Shown: piece after piece, positions 58,966-64,000 of the stretch | Layout: each line of letters starts with the position of its first letter | Position numbering within the stretch: the stretch's first letter is position 1 | Sequence record: DRR723986_4862 | DNA length: 64,000 nucleotides | Reading direction: 5' to 3' (one strand) | Program-made: the position numbers and the translations under genes | Notes under the pieces: generated by a model | Seen by the model: only the letters and a program-made list of their open reading frames with translations | Databases searched by the model: none | Told to the model about the DNA's origin: nothing

Positions 58966-59268
58966 TTACCCCTTGTTAACGGCGGTGATGTGCAAATTTT
59001 CCGGCAGCTTGCCGGGTGTTTGAATTCTAAGGGTTTTTTGTCGACTTTGCGCGCCTGACGACAGGCTGACCTGGGCTTTTTTTACCCCGAATTGGGCTGC
59101 GAGAAAGGCGCAAAGTGCCCGATTGGCTTTGCCGTCTACCGCCGCTGCCCGCAATCGCACCTTCAGGCGCTCGCCATGATGCCCGGCAAACTCTTCGCGA
59201 CTGGCCCCCGGCTGCACGTGGCAGCGCAATGTCAGCGTATCGTCCTGCCAGGAATAAAAGTCTGCCAC
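58966..59268 (-). CDS. yggU: DUF167 family protein
   Basis: VQPGAS, DGKAN, SRQK. Confidence 0.9.
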   Translation of the reverse strand: MADFYSWQDDTLTLRCHVQPGASREEFAGHHGERLKVRLRAAAVDGKANRALCAFLAAQFGVKKAQVSLSSGAQSRQKTLRIQTPGKLPENLHITAVNKG

Positions 59269-59275
59269 TGGGCTG

Positions 59276-59863
59276 CTACAAACCCATTACCAGTGCGGGG
59301 TGAAGGCCGACGGACGCCCCCATATGGCGGAGCAGAACTTCCAAAACATTAATACTCAGAAACACCAGTATTGGCGAAAGGTCGAGTCCGCCGAGTGGTG
59401 GTATTAACTTGCGAAACGGCGCCATGACCGGCTCGGTGATTTGGTAGAGCAATTGCGCGCCGGGGTTGTAGCTACCCTGAGCCACCCAGCTAAGGATAAT
59501 GCTGCCGATGATGGCGAAGAAATACAGGTTAAGAACCATCGCGCACAGGCCAATGACTGACCAGAGCAGAATTTGCGCAGGGTTTGGGAATACGCCGAAC
59601 AAAATTTTGCACAGCAGCGTAATGCCTATTGCCTGCACCGCAAAGGCGAGTAACAACGATGCGCTGTCGATGCGGCCCAGCGGCGGCAGTAAACGGCGCA
59701 GGGGCAGCACTAGCGGGTTGCTGAGTTTGACAATGGCCTGAGAGATCGGGTTGTAAAAGTCGGCCCGCACCAGCTGCAAAATTAACCGCAGCATAAAGAC
59801 CAGCAGGGTGAGGCTGATAAGCGTGTTAAGCAGTAAATAGGAAATATCATTGAATGCTGACAT
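59276..59863 (-). CDS. yggT: YggT family membrane protein
   Basis: RADFYNPISQ; GGLDLSPI. Confidence 0.92.
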   Translation of the reverse strand: MSAFNDISYLLLNTLISLTLLVFMLRLILQLVRADFYNPISQAIVKLSNPLVLPLRRLLPPLGRIDSASLLLAFAVQAIGITLLCKILFGVFPNPAQILLWSVIGLCAMVLNLYFFAIIGSIILSWVAQGSYNPGAQLLYQITEPVMAPFRKLIPPLGGLDLSPILVFLSINVLEVLLRHMGASVGLHPALVMGL

Positions 59864-59871
59864 GGCTGGTT

Positions 59872-60699
59872 TTATTCCCCTTCGAGCTCTCGGCCCAGTT
59901 CTTCGGCCCGCAAGGCCGCACCGCTGAGTGCGGCGTCGACGAGTTGGCGAAAGCCGCCGTCTTCAAAAATAGTGATCGCGCGCTCAGTCGTGCCCTTTGG
60001 TGAGGTGACGCGGCGGCGTAGCTCGGCGACATCCACGTCGCCCTCCAGTGCCATTCTGGCGGCACCAAGGGCCGTTTGCTGGCTGAGCTTGGCGGCTAGC
60101 TCGCTGCTTAGTCCCAGCTTTTCACCGGTGGCTTGCATCGCTTCCATCAACAGGAAGAAGTAGGCCGGGCCACTACCAGACACCGCGGTAACGGCGTCCA
60201 GATCCGCTTCGCTGTCTACCCAGAGCGCCAGGCCCGTGGCCTGCATAATTTTTTCTGCCAACTGGCGCTGTTGCTCGGAGACGGCATCATTGGCATAGAG
60301 CCCTGTTGCGCCGCAGCGAAGTAGAGCGGGGGTGTTGGGCATGCAGCGCACGATTGCTAAATCGCCGTCAAGCCAACGGTTTAGGCTGTCGCTGGTGATG
60401 CCTGCTGCAATACTGATGACCATCGGGCGATGTTGCTGCACCAGTGCGCTGATTTCCCCGGCAACGGTTTTCATAAGTTGCGGTTTGACCGCCATAACGA
60501 TCACATCACAACCGGGAATGATCGCGTGGTTGTCTTGGCTGGTTTGAATATTGCCCAGCGCTGACAGCTTGGACAGACTGTCGGCGTTGGGGTCGCCCGC
60601 GCGAATATTCTCAGCGTCGATGCCACTGGCGAGCAGTCCGCCGATAATGCTGGCAGCCATATTGCCGCCGCCAATGAATCCGATTGTTGCAGTGCTCAA
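59872..60699 (-). CDS. proC: pyrroline-5-carboxylate reductase
   Basis: GGGNMA, AVKPQ, MPNTP, SGSGPAY, VTSPKGTT. Confidence 0.96.
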   Translation of the reverse strand: MSTATIGFIGGGNMAASIIGGLLASGIDAENIRAGDPNADSLSKLSALGNIQTSQDNHAIIPGCDVIVMAVKPQLMKTVAGEISALVQQHRPMVISIAAGITSDSLNRWLDGDLAIVRCMPNTPALLRCGATGLYANDAVSEQQRQLAEKIMQATGLALWVDSEADLDAVTAVSGSGPAYFFLLMEAMQATGEKLGLSSELAAKLSQQTALGAARMALEGDVDVAELRRRVTSPKGTTERAITIFEDGGFRQLVDAALSGAALRAEELGRELEGE

Positions 60700-60893
60700 C
60701 GAGAACCTCCGGTGCTATCTTGCCGCGCTGGCAAGGCGAATAGGCCAGCGAGTATATCAGGCTGCAAATGGGGGCTGAAGTTAGGGGCTGTTCACACTCA
60801 CTAAATTATCGCTGCTGGCGCTGACTTTCAGCCGGGCTTACGTCCGTAAGCCATTGCAGACAACGTCGGTTGCGTGATGAATGTGGGCGCGCC

Positions 60894-61604
60894 CTAATTC
60901 GTGGCGGGTGTTCGTGGGCCAAAGATGGCGGTGCCGACGCGCAGCAGGGTAGAGCCCTCGAGAATGGCGGCGTCAATATCACCGGACATCCCCATCGACA
61001 GCGTGTCGAGGGTGAGCCCGGGTAGCGCTGATGCGATTTGATCGCGAAGTTGACGAAGTTGCGCAAACGCTTGCCGCTGCTCGGCAAGGTCGGTGCTGGC
61101 GGCGGGGATGGCCATGAGGCCGCGGAGTGTAAGCCCCGGCAGTGCAGCGACGCCTCGGGCGAGATCCAGTGCGTCGCTGGGTAATACCCCCGACTTTGTG
61201 GTTTCCTCGCTAATGTTTATCTGCAAGCAAATATTCAGCGGGGCTAGTGATGCTGGCCGCTGATCGCTGAGTCGACGGGCGATCTTGAGTCGGTCAACAC
61301 TGTGCACCCAAGAGAAATGTTCGGCGATCTCGCGGGTTTTATTGGATTGTATCGGGCCAATGAAGTGCCAGCAGATATCGAGGTGGCTCAGTGCTTGTTG
61401 TTTTTCCCTGGCCTCTTGTAGATAGTTTTCGCCGATATTATCCAGGCCGTTGGCCACTGCGTCGGCAACTTCGTCGGCATTGCGGGTTTTGCTTACCGCT
61501 AGCAGGGTAATTTCTGCTGGATTGCGCCGCGCATCAGCGGCACATTGAGCAATGTGCGCTCGCAGGGATGCTATATTTGAAGACAGTACCTGGGAGTGAG
61601 TCAT
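60894..61604 (-). CDS. yggS: pyridoxal phosphate homeostasis protein
   Basis: AVSKT, GENYLQE, WHFIGPIQSNK, SMGMSGD, RVGTAIFG. Confidence 0.95.
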   Translation of the reverse strand: MTHSQVLSSNIASLRAHIAQCAADARRNPAEITLLAVSKTRNADEVADAVANGLDNIGENYLQEAREKQQALSHLDICWHFIGPIQSNKTREIAEHFSWVHSVDRLKIARRLSDQRPASLAPLNICLQINISEETTKSGVLPSDALDLARGVAALPGLTLRGLMAIPAASTDLAEQRQAFAQLRQLRDQIASALPGLTLDTLSMGMSGDIDAAILEGSTLLRVGTAIFGPRTPATN

Positions 61605-61751
61605 CGCTATTTTTTGCTCCACGTCGCGTTGTGGTTGATAGGGTGCTGCCATAATAAAAGCATTGTGTTGGCGCGCTGCGGTAACGCATTATCCTACTAC
61701 GCATAATAATAGAGAGCGGCAGCCTGCCCATTGCTGTAACTAAGGAGAATC

Positions 61752-62786
61752 ATGGATATTACAGAGTTGCTGGCGTTTAGCGCCAAGCAAAATGCCTCGG
61801 ATTTACACTTGTCTGCCGGCCTGCCGCCGATGATTCGTGTCGATGGCGATGTGCGGCGCATCAATGTGCCGCCCATGGAGCACCGCGAAGTTCACAGCTT
61901 GATTTACGAGATTATGAACGACCGCCAGCGGCGTGACTACGAAGAATTCCTCGAAACCGACTTCTCCTTTGAGGTGCCCGGTGTTGCCCGCTTCAGGGTA
62001 AATGCCTTTAACCACAACCGCGGCGCTGGCGCGGTATTTCGTACAATTCCGTCGAAGGTGCTGACCCTTGAAGATCTGGGTATGGGCAAGGTCTTTCAGG
62101 ACGTATCCATGTTGCCGCGCGGGCTGGTGTTGGTGACGGGCCCCACGGGTTCGGGTAAGTCGACGACACTCGCGGCGATGATCGACTATATCAACGACAA
62201 CAAGTTTGACCATATTCTAACTATTGAAGACCCCATAGAATTTGTACACGAGTCGAAGAAATGCCTGGTGAACCAGCGCGAGGTGCACCGCGACACACAC
62301 GGCTTTAACGAGGCACTGCGCTCGGCGCTGCGTGAAGACCCCGATATCATCCTGGTGGGGGAGCTGCGCGACTTGGAAACCATTCGTTTGGCACTGACGG
62401 CCGCTGAAACCGGGCACCTGGTATTCGGGACCCTGCACACCACCTCTGCGGCAAAAACCATTGACCGGGTTGTCGACGTATTCCCAGGGGAAGAGAAGTC
62501 TATGGTGCGCTCCATGCTCTCCGAATCGCTGCAGGCGGTTATCTCGCAAACACTGCTGAAGAAACCGGAGGGCGGACGGGTTGCTGCCCATGAGATTATG
62601 ATTGGCACGCCCGCCATTCGTAATTTGATTCGTGAAGACAAAGTCGCGCAAATGTATTCAGCCATCCAGTCCGGGGCGAATGTTGGTATGCAGACGATGG
62701 ATCAGTGCCTGAAAGAGCTGCTGTCCAAGCGGCAGGTCACGCGCGATGCGGCTAAATTAAAAGCGCGCTTCCCCGAGAATTTTTAG
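61752..62786 (+). CDS. pilT: type IV pilus retraction ATPase PilT
   Basis: MDITELL; GPTGSGKST; AIRNLIRE. Confidence 0.97.
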   Translation: MDITELLAFSAKQNASDLHLSAGLPPMIRVDGDVRRINVPPMEHREVHSLIYEIMNDRQRRDYEEFLETDFSFEVPGVARFRVNAFNHNRGAGAVFRTIPSKVLTLEDLGMGKVFQDVSMLPRGLVLVTGPTGSGKSTTLAAMIDYINDNKFDHILTIEDPIEFVHESKKCLVNQREVHRDTHGFNEALRSALREDPDIILVGELRDLETIRLALTAAETGHLVFGTLHTTSAAKTIDRVVDVFPGEEKSMVRSMLSESLQAVISQTLLKKPEGGRVAAHEIMIGTPAIRNLIREDKVAQMYSAIQSGANVGMQTMDQCLKELLSKRQVTRDAAKLKARFPENF

Positions 62787-62818
62787 AATAAGAGGGCGCG
62801 AGCGCCGAGGAGAGTAGG

Positions 62819-63970
62819 GTGGAAATCGAGAAGCTGCTGCGCATCATGCAGGAAAAAGGCGCTTCAGACTTATTTATTTCGGCAGGGGTGCCACCTTCGG
62901 TGAAGCTCAATGGCCAGCTGATTCCCATGAGCAGTAATGCCCTGAGCCCCGAGCAGGCTCGGGAAGTTGTGCTGGGCGTGATGAATGAGCAACAGCGCCG
63001 CGAGTTTGTTCGCGATAGAGAGTGTAACTTCGCCATCAGTTCGCGGGGCATTGGTCGCTTCCGTGTCAGTGCCTTTTATCAGCGTAATTTGGTGGGGATG
63101 GTGTTGCGCCGAATTGAAACGCGCATTCCCACCACCGATGAGCTTGGGCTGCCGGATACGATCAAGGATCTGGCGATGACCAAGCGCGGGCTAATTATCT
63201 TTGTCGGTGCGACGGGAACGGGTAAATCAACGTCGCTGGCATCGATGATCGGTCACCGCAACGAAAACTCGCGCGGCCACATTATCACCGTGGAAGACCC
63301 CATCGAATTTGTGCATCAGCACCGTGGTTGTATCGTTACTCAGCGCGAGGTGGGCATTGATACGGAGTCCTTTGAAGTGGCGCTGAAGAATATGCTGCGC
63401 CAGGCGCCGGATGTCATCATGATCGGTGAGGTGCGCTCGCGGGAAACCATGGAGCACGCCATCACCTTCGCTGAAACCGGGCATTTGTGTCTATGCACCC
63501 TGCACGCAAACAACGCCAACCAGGCACTCGACCGAATCTTGCATTTCTTTCCGCCAGAGCGTCACAGTCAGCTATGGATGGATTTGTCATTGAACCTGCG
63601 GGCGATGGTGGCGCAGCAGCTGCTGCCGACCCGCGATGGACAGAGCCGCCGCGCTTGTGTGGAAATATTGCTTAATACACCCCTGGCTGCTGACTTGATT
63701 CGCAAGGGCGAAGTGGCCGCGCTGAAAGACCTGATGCGCCAGTCCACCGAGCAGGGGATGCAAACCTTTGATCAAGCCTTGTACGACCTGTACGTGGCGG
63801 GTGAAATTACTTACCAGGATGCCATCGCTCACGCGGATTCGGCGAACGATCTGCGGCTGCTGATCAAGCTGGGTGCCGACAACGACGTTGACCAGATGCA
63901 CAGTGCGGCGGGTAACTTGACGATGCAAGAGGTGGAAAAGGACACCCCGGGCGGCATTGGCCGCCGCTAG
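62819..63970 (+). CDS. pilU: type IV pilus ATPase PilU
   Basis: ASDLFI; GATGTGKST; TLHANNANQ; follows pilT. Confidence 0.95.
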   Translation: MEIEKLLRIMQEKGASDLFISAGVPPSVKLNGQLIPMSSNALSPEQAREVVLGVMNEQQRREFVRDRECNFAISSRGIGRFRVSAFYQRNLVGMVLRRIETRIPTTDELGLPDTIKDLAMTKRGLIIFVGATGTGKSTSLASMIGHRNENSRGHIITVEDPIEFVHQHRGCIVTQREVGIDTESFEVALKNMLRQAPDVIMIGEVRSRETMEHAITFAETGHLCLCTLHANNANQALDRILHFFPPERHSQLWMDLSLNLRAMVAQQLLPTRDGQSRRACVEILLNTPLAADLIRKGEVAALKDLMRQSTEQGMQTFDQALYDLYVAGEITYQDAIAHADSANDLRLLIKLGADNDVDQMHSAAGNLTMQEVEKDTPGGIGRR

Positions 63971-64000
63971 TTTGCAGGGGACTAATTTTGCCCCTGCTCC

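Noticed and set aside
60806-61087. 93-aa ORF extending into the yggS-proC gap
   Set aside because: Mostly an alternative frame overlapping yggS with no supporting features

Overview
64 kb of chromosomal DNA from a marine-type gammaproteobacterium. Gene content and order suggest Cellvibrionales/Spongiibacteraceae, which is an inference. No rRNA, tRNA, CRISPR array, prophage or intact IS was seen. Left to right: a peroxide-defence block (ahpF-ahpC/oxyR with a clear OxyR box, DyP peroxidase, gshA, acpH, dsbB, cidA/lrgB); trkH; a moaA-cupin-MoxR/CoxD-VWA/CoxE operon; a secreted repeat protein; a KshA-like Rieske oxygenase; murI, peroxiredoxin, hsp20, cobS; a PA2779/PA2778-type C39 peptidase pair; tex; phaD-like TetR with two phasins but no synthase; pckA, hslO, hslR, yrfG; two tandem paralogous ~60-aa proteins; an acyl-CoA dehydrogenase pair, TetR, fabH; a furan-fatty-acid-like operon with an RpoE-ChrR-type promoter; two TonB-dependent receptors and mscS; a 44-aa membrane sORF with a Csr-like 3' tail; a sigma54-driven beta-helix/diheme-cytochrome fusion lipoprotein; alkB/AraC; and the conserved rdgB-metW-metX-yggU-yggT-proC-yggS/pilT-pilU block. 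The best candidate for an undescribed system is the small-protein pair at 29941-30512. Both proteins share an NxxEWWLxVxYAExID motif, and their upstream regions share a 19-bp box placed exactly 19 nt from a CTAyrGT -10 element.
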